Source: the human T2T-CHM13v2.0 reference genome, Homo sapiens. From it: a DNA stretch of 64,000 nt. This document shows, piece by piece, positions 12,691 to 24,690 of this stretch. The notes beneath the pieces are model-generated. The model had not been told where the DNA came from. It made no database searches and saw only the letters and a program-made list of their open reading frames with translations. Every line of letters starts with the position of its first letter. Position 1 is the first letter of the stretch. The DNA lies in NCBI RefSeq assembly GCF_009914755.1, contig NC_060938.1. One strand, given 5' to 3'. A program made the position numbers and the translations under genes.

Positions 12691-14589
12691 ATATATGCGT
12701 ACGTTTAGTATCTAACAAGAAAAATGAAAGGCAGATAAAAAGTATACATATTCTATTCTTTAAAAGGCAATAATCATTTGAATCTTTTGAGTTCAAAATG
12801 CTGTGTTTTATAAATTTATAAATGTGTCTATAAATTTTTCTTTCTATTTCTTCTACTTCTTCTTAGCATTGAAGTGAGCAATTTTATTAAAATCTGCCAT
12901 TTTGGTAGTAAAACATTTAAATTCAAAGTCACCTTAAGTGAGTGATGTGCTTGTTGCCAGCCACTTAATTAGCTGGGGGAAGTGACACAGTTGTCTACAT
13001 GCAGGACAATTTCAAGGTCACTGGTGGAAACCCTCTCACCTCCCCATGCTGCCAGCTTATTGTCCCATACATGGTAACATTCAGATTTGGGACTAGATGG
13101 CCAGGAGAAAAGCACTGAGTAGCCTCACTCCAGAAGGATTTTTTGTGCTTGGCTCCCTGACTTCTCCTTTCGTTCAGGGAGCATGCAGTGGTGAGAACAC
13201 CTAAATCATGATCCTTGTCCTCCATCTATAACTAATTCGTATTGTTTTAGGTTAGTTTCTCAGAGCATAAGAATGAAGACTGTAGTATGGCCCGGCTCTT
13301 TCTTAAGAAAGCACTCTTGATAAAACAATCTACATAAGTAGACTGACCAGTTAAATATGGTTATTAATCATTCAGTTTTATCTGCGTAATGGTCTTATCA
13401 AAACTAATTATTGCCATATTAGGTAGATATTTAGAGAGCACCCTTTTATGGACCAAACTCTTTGCAGAATACAGATACTCAGGAAGAGGATCTCTTGTCT
13501 TGAAGGAGCTGAAAATTGAGTTGAGTTATCCCAGAATCGCTTTTTTCCTTTAGAGTTGGAATTTTGACAGATGGAGAAAATTATCTAATAAAGTGTTCAA
13601 AAACTTGGTTGGCCCGTGTGGGTTGAGGATTAATCCGTTAGAGCCACAGGCAGATTGAGCACACTATTCTTAGCTCAGAAGAAGCAAGTTATTCAGAGAA
13701 GGATGAGAGATGGCACATTCCCTCTAGTTCCTTTTTGCTGCTAGAGAGGTGAGCTTCCAGGGGCTCCTAGTTCAGGTTGCTTGTATTTTTTTCACCTACA
13801 TTTGGTCTCCACAAGCCTTCCTTTCATCGTCAGATTTGTCCAAAATTTAACACCTGTGTGTGTCTAATCAAGGAAGGACATGATATCACATTATGAGTGT
13901 ATTTAGGTGAGAAGTCTTTGAGGAAAATAATGTTTGTCATTTGAAAGAAAGAAGAGTGTTTTATTTTTGAGTCACTTCAGGTCTTTGTCCTGAAGAACAG
14001 ATTCACTCTTGTTTAAACTCTGTCTCAGTGAGAATGTTTGCGGGGATGGGAGGTAGCACTTGCCATTGCATCTAATCATCTAGAAAACAAGAGACTACAC
14101 CTTAACAGTGCAAATCCTTTTAGAATTGATCTACCTGGTCTTCTGCTTTTTCCTTTCTCCACTCTGCTTTGTCCTGAATTCCCAGAAATGCCATCTTAAA
14201 ACTCTTCTAAAACTGCTGGCTACTCTTTCCCCTGTTTTTTTCTACCAGTTTTTTTGTTTTTGTTTTTGTTTTTTTTTAAACCATCATATAAAGAGACAGC
14301 TTCCAAATGGTACTCTGTAATTGAGCAATAAACAACAAACTTTTGTCTGTATGTATCCATACTACCAGTCAAAATACTTAATAACAAAATATCAATAAAA
14401 AATGGCCAATGTGACATTTTTCATCTTGTGTCAAAATCAGAACCCTTTGTTTTACCATTTGCTTTTAAATCTGGGGGGTACATAAATACCTGAGAAAATA
14501 CTAAGCATATACATCAAAGAAATTCAGACAAATATATGTGAACAGAGCAGGTCACTGACACTAATCTTGGCCATAACCTAGAGTTATTC

Positions 14590-15090
14590 AGAAAAGATGT
14601 CCAGAGACAAATCTTGGAGGTTTTGAAGAATCAGAAAGATAAGAGGAAAATCTGGATACAGAGGTATCACAGAAGCCAAGGAAAGTGTTTTAAAAAGGAA
14701 GACGAGGTCAACAGTGTCAGGTGCAGCTAAAATATTAAGTATAAAGAGGACTGAAAAATATGTCTTGAATTTAGAGACTTGAAGGTTATTAGTGACCTTA
14801 ACAAGCATTGTTTTTGGGGAGTTATGCAGCTAGAAGTCAAACTGGTAGGTTGAGGAAGGAGTGGAAGCTAAGGCAGTTGAGCTGTGGGTACGGACACTTC
14901 CTTCAGATTAGCTGTAAAGACAGTAGTAATAGAACAGTGGCTGTAGGAGGATAGGGGACTGAGGACTAGGAAATAATTTATTTTAGATGGGAGATATTTG
15001 AATAGGTTCAAAGCTTATTGGAAGGATTCAGCTGAAGACAGAAGTCCGGTAACAAGAGAGAAAATATAATAGAATAGATAATGTTAAGTT
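14590..15090 (-). mobile_element. L2 LINE reverse-transcriptase fragment
   Basis: ORF 14584-14808(-) reads LVKVTNNL...FSVLFILNILAAPDTVD, a decayed match to the L2 RT motif LLKVTNDL...SVLILLDLSAAFDTVD. Confidence 0.8.
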
Positions 15091-16717
15091 CCCAAGATCC
15101 ACAATGACCCCCAAACGTAAGAATCATCTTAGAATAGACTTGGGATACGAAGTTCAACTGCAAAATACCCTATTTTTAGACAGCCTCCGAATTTAGGAAA
15201 CCATGTCCAGCCCAGAGGAAAAAAGAAGAGGGCTGAGTTACTATTTTCTCCATGTTTGATTCTAAGGAATGTAGCATTATTTGGATATTACATAAAACCT
15301 TGGAAAATAAGGGAAGGGGCAGGCCGTGAAGATATGTGCAATTAAAATTAGAAACTAGACATGGCCAGTAAATTGATTACAAGTTAATCTAGCTTTGCCA
15401 TAACCTGAGAGAGGTGATGTAGTCAGGAAGTTAGGTTTTATCTCAGGTTGGCTTTCTAAATATTGAAAGCTGTCACCAAAGAAACTAGCATAGAACCAGT
15501 ACGTTACCTGGGGGAGAGCACCTAGAGCCACAGATGTTGGTGTGCCTGAGAAAGTCCAGAATTTTAAAAATAAAATTAGAATAGCTGTGACCGGCAGTAC
15601 CCTCCAGACTCCTCAATTGCACACAGCTCCCTTTGTGTCCATTTTGAGGACTCAGCACCAAGACTTCTAAGACATGAAGCACTGGGCAATGCTTTGGGGA
15701 CATGACAATGCTAATTATGCTAAATACTCATGATATGTTGTCTAATATTGATATTGATAACCTAAGCAAAGACTTACTTTAGCTAAGCTGACCTTGCTGA
15801 ATTGCCTGTGTTAGCTGCCAACAATGTCAACAGAGAGGAGAGTAATGGTCAAACTGGAGGCAGATAGTGTTATGATTTATGAGGGGCCATGAAGGCAGTG
15901 TTTTTGTCCATGGGAGCTGTGATTAGATGCTATGGGTAGCTGAATACAGTTGAGATTTTTCAAAAATTGGCAGGCATGTTACTTTGGAAGTTCTCCAGTG
16001 ACACATCAGAGATTTAATTATTACAGTTTTGTATTCTTGCTTTCTGTGACATCTCTCCCCTTTGTGCTTAATCAATGTTTGTTTCCCAGTATGTGTTTGT
16101 CACTATTATTAATTTTGGAAGATACAAGGAAATCCCCAAATCAGTAAATGCCCTCTAGGAGTGATTCTCTAGTCTTGTAGTTGGACACAAACCCACAACA
16201 TAACCTCCTTTGTAGGCTCATGCAAGAGGAAAGGAATTCAGCATAGTGATGGAGTAGGCCCAGTTCCAAGGATGCCACTGGGTATCCTGTACATCCAGAG
16301 AGGAACAGGGCAACTTCCTGACTCTTTTACGTCACTTTCTGAAAGGAAAGGGAACGTTTCAAAGTAGGACCATGCACAGATACCTGACCACCTATCCCTT
16401 TTTAAAGTCCCACCTGTCAAGTCTCTACACCAGTTGTATTGCATTACCTGGGTAAAGGAGTCAAGTGGGAAGGGGTGGAGGGTAGTCCCAAGCTAATGAG
16501 ACCAGCATTCCCCTGGGTTATTTTATAGTTTATCTTATTAATCCTAGAAGCTTGACTATGAGGCCTGTGTTAGGAGGTTTCTCCTTGGGGAAAGATAATC
16601 TTACCAACATCTTTGGGCTGTTTTCCTAATTCTTAACACTACTCCTGTATATTTCTCACTGGGAGCTATGAAATAGACAGGTTTGCCTCTCGAGACTTTC
16701 TATGAAAGCTTTTTTGA

Positions 16718-17320
16718 TGTTACTCCTGGGAGCTTCTCAGTGGGCCAGGAAAGAGGCCCCAAAGCCACACTGTATACTAGGCTAAGTCACCACATGACGT
16801 ATGTAAGATTCACAGAGGATCCTCTTGTTCACCTATGACGAGGCCAGACACAGGCCCTCCAAACTCCCTTTCTCTGTCTCATAAATGATTAGCTGAACGT
16901 TTACCCCCCTGTGATCAATCTGGACAAAATACTTACTAATTTGATTTGACCGCTGTAGTGAAGCTTGTCTCCTCCTCCACAGCCTGTAAACTTTGACTCA
17001 TTCCTGAAGCTAAGCAAGTGTTGGAACTGGGAACAACCCCTGCTTAATGGCCCTTCCTGAGACTCTCCATTGGCTGCAAACAAATCTTTCTTGTTCAGCT
17101 GTCACATCATCCCACGTGTGCATCCCCCATGCCTAGCTCCTTCTAGCCATGTTTATTCCTCTTCATTAAAAGAGAAGCCCTTTCAGCCTGACCATCTGGA
17201 TGTTTATAGATCTTATGGTCAGAGTCTTTTCCCTATTGCAAAAATGATCCTGTCCATTTGGCGTATTCTTTAAAAGTAAAGTCTGTCCTTACCTAAGTCT
17301 AGGTTTGTTTTTATTTGACA
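16718..17320 (+). mobile_element. ERV1 solo LTR (MER67/MER89/MER31-like); 5' boundary approximate
   Basis: CCCTATTGCAA..., AGTAAAGTCTGTCCTTACCTAAGTC...TTTATTTGACA 3' end typical of this group. Confidence 0.6.
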
Positions 17321-17610
17321 CTACTCTCTATATTTTGGTATTTAATACTGTGTACATTGAACACGATCTTTTCTTGATGACCTAGCTTCATCTTTAAGAC
17401 TATTATCACATTGTGCTGAAGAGGTAGTTGTCAGTGAGGCCAATTCTGGGTGGGATATTGGCTGACCTGGCACTAATGCTGGAGCCAACTTATTTCTGGG
17501 ATAGAGCAGCTACTTTTGTTTTATGCATTTTTGAGTTACATTAAACTCATTTGGATAGAGTATAATGGTGACCTTTCACTTGGCCAGAAGAAAAAAAACT
17601 ACACTGTTTA

Positions 17611-17824
17611 TTTTCTTATTTTTTTTTTTTTTTTTCACTGGGGTCTCACTCTGTCACCCAGGCTGGAGAGCAGTGGGTGCAACCTCGGCTCACTGCAGCC
17701 TCTGCTTCCTGGGCTCAAGCGATCCTCCCACCTCAGCCTCTTGAGTAGCTGGGACCAAAGGCACGTGCCACCATGCCCAGCTGATTTTTTGCATTTTTGA
17801 TGGAGATGGAGTTTCACCATACTG
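17611..17824 (-). mobile_element. 5'-truncated AluJ
   Basis: Poly-T, right arm and part of left arm; flanking ACACTGTTT repeat. Confidence 0.85.
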
Positions 17825-18117
17825 ACACTGTTTTAAAAATAATCCTAGAATTCGTAACTTTCTAGCGTGTGTATGTATAAATTACAATCTGTTATGTTTA
17901 GAAATTAACAAGAATCAAATAATGAAGCTAATTTTCCAAAACGTGATTGAGCTACAATGCAGGCGTCTGACCATCTTATTTTTAGCCCCCAAGGCATGCA
18001 AATGTTAGAAGAAAAAGAATCTTTAAAATTGCAATTGATAGTAAAATTGCTTAATTATATGTATAATATGTGGAAGAATATGTATATACAGCCATTTATC
18101 AAAAAAGAGGTCAGGAA

Positions 18118-18243
18118 AGTTGGGTGCAGTGTCACACACCTGTGGTCTTAGCTACTTGGGAGGCTGAGGTAGGAGAATTGCTTGAGCCCAGGAGTTTGAG
18201 TCCAGCCTGAGCAACATAGTGAGACACTGTCTCTTAAAAAAAC
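18118..18243 (+). mobile_element. FLAM_A monomer
   Basis: Monomeric Alu-precursor sequence with A tail. Confidence 0.8.
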
Positions 18244-18817
18244 ATGGGGAGTAGGGTAAGGAAAGAACCAGGTAAGGATGGAAGAAAACCATCCAGCCAT
18301 GAGGACTTACAGAGCAATATGATATAGAAATTATTCTCATTTCTTAATATAAATAAGAAAAATGAGATTTGAAGATTTGCAATTTGCATAAATTTACCTG
18401 ACTTGTAAGTGCCAGAACCAGAGTTAGAACTCTGTTATTCTATTTTCTGGTCTATGACTGTCATCAGGACACTGTGAAGCCTTTCCTTTAGTGAGTTCCA
18501 GGTAACACAGACCAGAAAACAGTCCTAATTGTATTCGTTGTTGTTCATGTCACTGTCAGACTCTACAACTTGTTGCTTCCATTACTGATTTCAATACCAG
18601 GGGCTGCTATCCACTCTTCTCTTCCTCCTTTTCTAGGAAGCCTTACTGTTCAAATGTGTAAAAACTCATTCTTGACTTCCAGCCAATCAGCCAGAGACAT
18701 GACCTTCATGCAGACCATCATCTCTTTGAGGCTGTGTCTATTTCTGAGTGCTTGGAGGCTGCTGCTTTGCTGACGGGGTAGAGATAGAAAGAAAGGGACT
18801 GTTTCTCTGTTTCTCCC

Positions 18818-19409
18818 TGTTAGAAATGCTTGTTGCCCAGTGCCATAAAGAAATAGCACTTGAACATAAATTTAATTTCCTCAGCAAGGCCATTTTTTTT
18901 ACTTTCTGCAGAAAGGGTACACTCACCAGCAGTTTTGCCATGAAAGTACACCAAACAAAAGAGGCAGGGTCATTTATAACCTGATGCGTCCACCCTACTG
19001 CTGTGTCCCGTTTCCATTGGCTGGAACGGGACCTCACATTCTGTATTTGTCCTGATTGGCTAGCAACTTAGAACTTTTTAAAAGAGGCAAAGGCAGAGGA
19101 GAACAAAGGAAGGAGGAAGTAACTTGTGGAATGCCGAGAAAGGTAAAAACACCTTCAAATAAGGAAGAGGAACAGGCTAAGACCTAATGCTTGCTTGGAC
19201 CAGTGTAAGCATGCCAGGGCAAATATTTAGGCTAAATTGTGGGAGCTAAGAACATAAAGTACATTGATTTCTTTATTATGGCTAGCAGATATTTAAGAAT
19301 GTTAGCACAGGTCTTTGAATAATTTTTGCTTCTAAGAGAAGTTACTATTTATTCCTAATTAGATGGGGAGGAAAGTCTTTGAAGAGGAACCCCTACTTTA
19401 TTTTCTATA
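18818..19409 (-). mobile_element. LTR10 (LTR10C-like, HERV-I) solo LTR
   Basis: Reverse complement begins TATAGAAAATAAAGTAGGGGTTCCTCTTCAAAGACTTTCCTCCCCATC; perfect 5-bp TSD CTCCC (18813-18817, 19410-19414). Confidence 0.8.
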
Positions 19410-21816
19410 CTCCCTCACCTTCCTAGGTCGTCTGAAGGTTTCCTGAGGTTCTGGAAAACGGAAAGTATCCTAAATACTTAAATAGTATTATATGCTACCA
19501 ATTAATTGTCCACTCTATCATCTAAAGATCTCACGACAAACAGTATATGGAAGTATATGTTTCACCTTATTCTGTAGGTCCAAATTCTCTTTTGAGAATT
19601 ATGTGGACTTCAGAGCTAGTTTGTTTCATGGAGGTAGCTAGTTTGTTTCATTGACATGCTGCATGCCTCACTTGGTAAGGCTCAGGCCTCGTCCAGAGCA
19701 GGGTATAGCCTTTGGTCTAGCCAACCTTGCTGGATGTTGTAAAGTATTTTAGCTATTGGATTATGCTTTCTATAAATGTAAAGATGTCACGGGACCTCAG
19801 GTGTATTCATGCAGGCTTTGCCATTTATCCTAGCTCCAATTAGTTACCGCAGGTACAGCAAAACAAATGTAAGGCACCGCACCAACACGAGGAATTATCA
19901 GTCTTGTTACTAAGAGGACAGAGGAATCCCTACCATGTAGGGTAAATTTCTTTCTAGGCCCTTTAAATGTGAAATGTAATAAGGCAATTTAAAGATCATT
20001 TCACTAACATGTAAAGGAAAATACAAACATGTGCACATCAAATTGCAGGTCTTACAATTTTGGTTCTAAGGAAAATAATTAACATAAGCTCAAAATGACA
20101 CTTCCTGCCTGGGAACAGTTCTGGCGAAATAATGAACCTGTAGAAATAAAATTGAAGAGCTAATCAGCCTTGAACGGCGCTGAGGTGTGTGTTTCTCTCT
20201 CTCTGGTTGCTGTTCATCTCTTGCTTGTCTCTCTGCTTTCCCCTATGCCTTTGATGAGACACATAATTTTTATGTTGGGCGACAAGGTGACAGTTCTCTC
20301 TGATAATTACATAGATGAGAATATATTTGGTTTTGGAGGAAAAAAATTTACTTTACAAATGTATATATAGAAATAACTTTGACCTTTTGGTAAAGATAAC
20401 CAAGTTCTTCCTCAGCAACAGAAAAACAGGCACATTCGGAGGTGTGTGTTTCATTTTATAGTGGTAGCTCCTCCTAATAAAAACCTTTGTAAGGAAAAGG
20501 ACAAAGTTGTTGGTTCAGGGGGCTAGCGGTAGACCCCTTCTCCTAACAGCTCAAAGATAAGGTAAATCAAAGTGCCCCCCAAGAGTTAAATGAGAGAAAA
20601 CCCACATGCAGTGGATAGCATTAGCCGTCTGTGGTGGGAAAGGAACAGATTGTCAATGAATGCATGGTTAAAGAGTTTGAGAACACCCAAAACTTTAATC
20701 AAGGTGATATGGGAGCAATCTCATGAAAGTAGAATGGGAGGATGGTTGCATTTAGCCATTACAACCTCATCAGTTGCATTCCCACAGGAAGACTGCCTGG
20801 ATATTAAGATGATGTCATCACAGAGCTGGGATTCTCACAGTGTGGTAAGAAGACCTCTAGCATGAGAATCTCCTGTAAAAATGCACATCCTAGGGCTTTA
20901 CTGCATAGACACCAAAAATATTTGGAGTGGGCTCAAAGAATCTGCATTTTGTTTATATTCAACTGAATTTTCTTTTTTATAGTTTTTTTCTAATTTAAAA
21001 AAAAGTAACACAATATGGGCTCATTGTAACCAGGAATGCAAATATGAGGAAAGGAAAAGTAAATCTTGGTTGATCCTTCTTTTTCTCTTACCCTGAGGTA
21101 GCAATACTAGTAGCAGTTGTTACTAGCAACAATACTGGTGAGCATGAGCATCCTTCCATGCCATTTTTCACACTTACAAACATATATACATTTTTAAGAG
21201 GTTTTATTTTTTGCTTCTCTTGTTTGTTTTTATATACTAGGTCATATTATAAAATTTGGAGATTTACTTTTCTCAAGTCATAATGCCAAACACTCCAGGT
21301 ATTTTAAAAATGTATGTACATCTATATATGTATTCACACACATTTACACATATACATACAAACACCCACATACATATGTGTGTCAGGTTGCTTGAAAATG
21401 CAGCTTAAAACCCATTTAGGGCTAAATACTGGCACAGTAGTCCAGTATCATAAGGAAAAGTTGAAAAAAACTTTGAAGAATGACATTCTTTTAAATTCTA
21501 TAGTTTTCTATGGAATGGATTATTAAGATATTCAAGCGTGTCCCATAGGTGAACATTCAGGTTGTTTTCTATTGTTGCTGCATGTGTTTTATTTCATTGC
21601 CATTACAAATGCCTTTATTTTGGGGATGATAGATGAGCAGAAATGGGATTTCCGAGTCAAAGGCTATGTTCATTTTAAATTCTATTAGTATTATAATATG
21701 ACTTTCCTAAAAGCTTGAGGTAAATTACAGTTGATTATCATGATTCCACTTAGTTATGTCCTATAAAATCACCTTGAGCACTGAAGTAGCAGACACTGAC
21801 TCACTGTGTTAATGTA

Positions 21817-21936
21817 TTAATATGTTGTATCAATATATTAATATTGAATTAATATGTTGTATCAGTATATTAATATTGAATTAATATGCTGTATCAGTAT
21901 ATTAATATTAAATTAATATGTTGTATCAGTATATTA
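21817..21936. repeat. AT-rich minisatellite, 32-bp unit x ~3.75
   Basis: Unit TTAATATGTTGTATCAGTATATTAATATTGAA, with about one difference per copy. Confidence 0.92.
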
Positions 21937-22050
21937 GTTATTAACTCTGGAGGAAATACAGGGTTAGGTTTCTGCAAGCTCCTTGTCACACATTTTTCAA
22001 CCCATCAATACATAACCTTGTTTTACATGTGTTTCTGTTTAAATACATCT

Positions 22051-22350
<300 letters not shown>

Positions 22351-22425
22351 AGCTTATTTATTACATATTATTGATAACCTAGCATTGAACTCATGGCCAG
22401 CAATATGTCCCATGCCTGAACAATG

Positions 22426-22529
22426 CTTATCTAACACATGGACTTTCTCTATCAGGCACTTTACAGACTAAAGTGCCTTTACTAAAGTCTGTAAAGTGCA
22501 TTATGGAGAAAGTCCATGTGTTAGATAAG
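22426..22529. repeat. Inverted repeat: 44-bp arms, 16-nt loop
   Basis: 22426-22469 is the reverse complement of 22486-22529 at 41/44 positions. Confidence 0.95.
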
Positions 22530-23357
22530 GATTCAGCCCTGTGCAGAAAATGTGGCATTAAATTGACCACCAAAAGGATACTAATTTACATTATGAGGGT
22601 GAAACAAGAAAGGAGAATGTCATCTTGTTCTGCCTGGACTGGGAACATGCATGCTGGGTGACCACACTGCACGTGACCATGAATGACCACAAATGATCTC
22701 CAAAGTGCCACAAGTATTGGCTTTGGGGTTACAAATACATTTGAGAGTGTAGGCAAATTTGTGAATACAGAATCCACAAATAATAAGGATTGACTGTATA
22801 TTCCCACCAGCAAAGTGTTTGTCATGTTGATTATTCTTCATCTTCACTGTTTCATTTTTTAAAATATTTGTGAAATTTTAGGGGAAAACTATTTCCTCGT
22901 TGCCAACTAACTAGTGAAGTTCAGCCTATTTTCTTAATTTATTACACATTTAAATGCAATCTTTGATAACTTACCTGTTATTATATTTTGCCCTTTTTCC
23001 AACCAAGTGACTTAATTTTTTTCTCATCAATTCTTAGAAACTGTATATTAGGGATATCAATACTTTGTTATATGTTATGTAAATACTTTTTTATTCTATT
23101 GCTTGTCTTATTTTTGTTTTGGGTATCTTTGCTATATGTTTTAATACTCAAATATATCAACCTTCCTCTTGTGATTTAAGGTCTCCTGTCTTATTGTATC
23201 TCCAAGACTACATAGAATTTCACATTTTTATTCCAATATTTTTATTGTTACATATTTTGCATTAAAATCTTGACTCCATCCAGAATGTTTTTGTTTCTAG
23301 TGTTAGGCAGGGGTCTATGTTCATTTTTTTTCTTCCAGACGAACATTCCTCAGTTGT

Positions 23358-23699
23358 TCCAAATAGGAAGAGAGGAAATCAACCTCTCCATGTTTGCAGA
23401 TAGTACGATTCTCTGCCTGGAAAACCCCCATTGTCTCTGCCCAAAAGCTCCCTGATCTGATACACAACTTCAGCAAAGTTTCAGGACACAAAATCAGTGA
23501 ACAAAAATCAGTAGCATTCCTATATAACAACATTCAAGCTAAGAGCAAAATCAAGAATGCAATCCCATTCATAATCGCTACAAAAAGAATAAAATATCTA
23601 GGAATACAGCTAACCAAGGAGGTGAAAGACCTTTACAATGATAATTACAGAACACTGCTAAAAGAAATCAGAGATGACAACAAATTGAAAAACATTCCA
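23358..23699 (+). mobile_element. Isolated L1P ORF2 (RT domain) fragment
   Basis: Translates to [15 protein letters not shown]... and ...[30 protein letters not shown]...[27 protein letters not shown], which is L1 ORF2 RT with a frameshift. Confidence 0.92.
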
Positions 23700-23839
23700 C
23701 ATGAATTTTTTTTTTCCCATCTGAATTGTTCCTGGATCTACATTATCCATGCCTGGTTTCCAGGCCCTCTCAGAGATTCTGTAAACTACTTATATCCTTT
23801 ATTGATCCTTTTCTACTTAGCCTGGATAAAGTAGATTAT

Positions 23840-24690
23840 GATTTTGCAACTAAGAGTAGTAATTGGTGCTGGAAATATTTGTACCTAATGGACTGTCAAG
23901 TAAATGGGAACCTGGGGTTAGCTATTTAACATAGTTGAGTTTGAAGGCATGTGGAGCAAAACATTTCCGTAAATATTGGCTTTGGTTAATTGGAGTGAAG
24001 TGCCTACTGAAGGCAGCATTTTGGGAAACTCAAGTGGCTGCTTCTGTATAGTATTTTAAGAAACGTGGCTGTACTGGCTACATGGAATTGTGCTAAAAAT
24101 CTTAAGGAAAGAAAAATAAAACAGGCTCAAGGTTTTAAATTATTGCCTCAATGTAGTCTCAGAAAACAAGAGAAGTTTTGACTGGGCTAAAAGAATATCG
24201 TCTTTTATAGCAACAAGGTTGATGAACTTGAACATCAAACATATGCTCTGATTCTGTGACTTATTGAATTACAGGCTGCATTGAAAGATTGGCTGTGTTT
24301 CTTAAGTGAAATTTAGGACATTGGGAAGAAAAGAATGGGACCCTGAGAATTAGAGTAGAGACATTTGGGAGGATTCAGATGACTCACACTCCCAACCTCC
24401 CTAAATCCTCCTTATCAGCAGCAGCAGCCCTTATCCTCTGAAGGACACAAACCTGTCTGAAGACCTTAGAAAGACCTTGCCTAGCTTTTAAGAGGATGCC
24501 AGTTCCTCATCACTCACTCCTATCTTATTACCTCTACTTATCTATTTGAAGTCAGATCCCAGTGTGTCCCAGAGATTTAATCATAAAGTCATACCTTGGG
24601 AGAAATATATTTCTTCTACTACTGCCACTGCTATTGCAATTTTTTACATACCAAAAAATCACAAGATTTTGCAATTTATGTCTACAAAAT
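23840..24690 (+). mobile_element. ERVL internal (gag) remnant
   Basis: From ~24306 it translates to VKFRTLGRKEWDPEN*SRDIWEDS, resembling ERVL gag VKVRALIGKEWDPETWDGDIWED. Boundaries approximate. Confidence 0.7.

Noticed and set aside
19614-19651. 16-bp direct repeat AGCTAGTTTGTTTCAT, period 22
   Set aside because: An ordinary short slippage duplication with no functional context.
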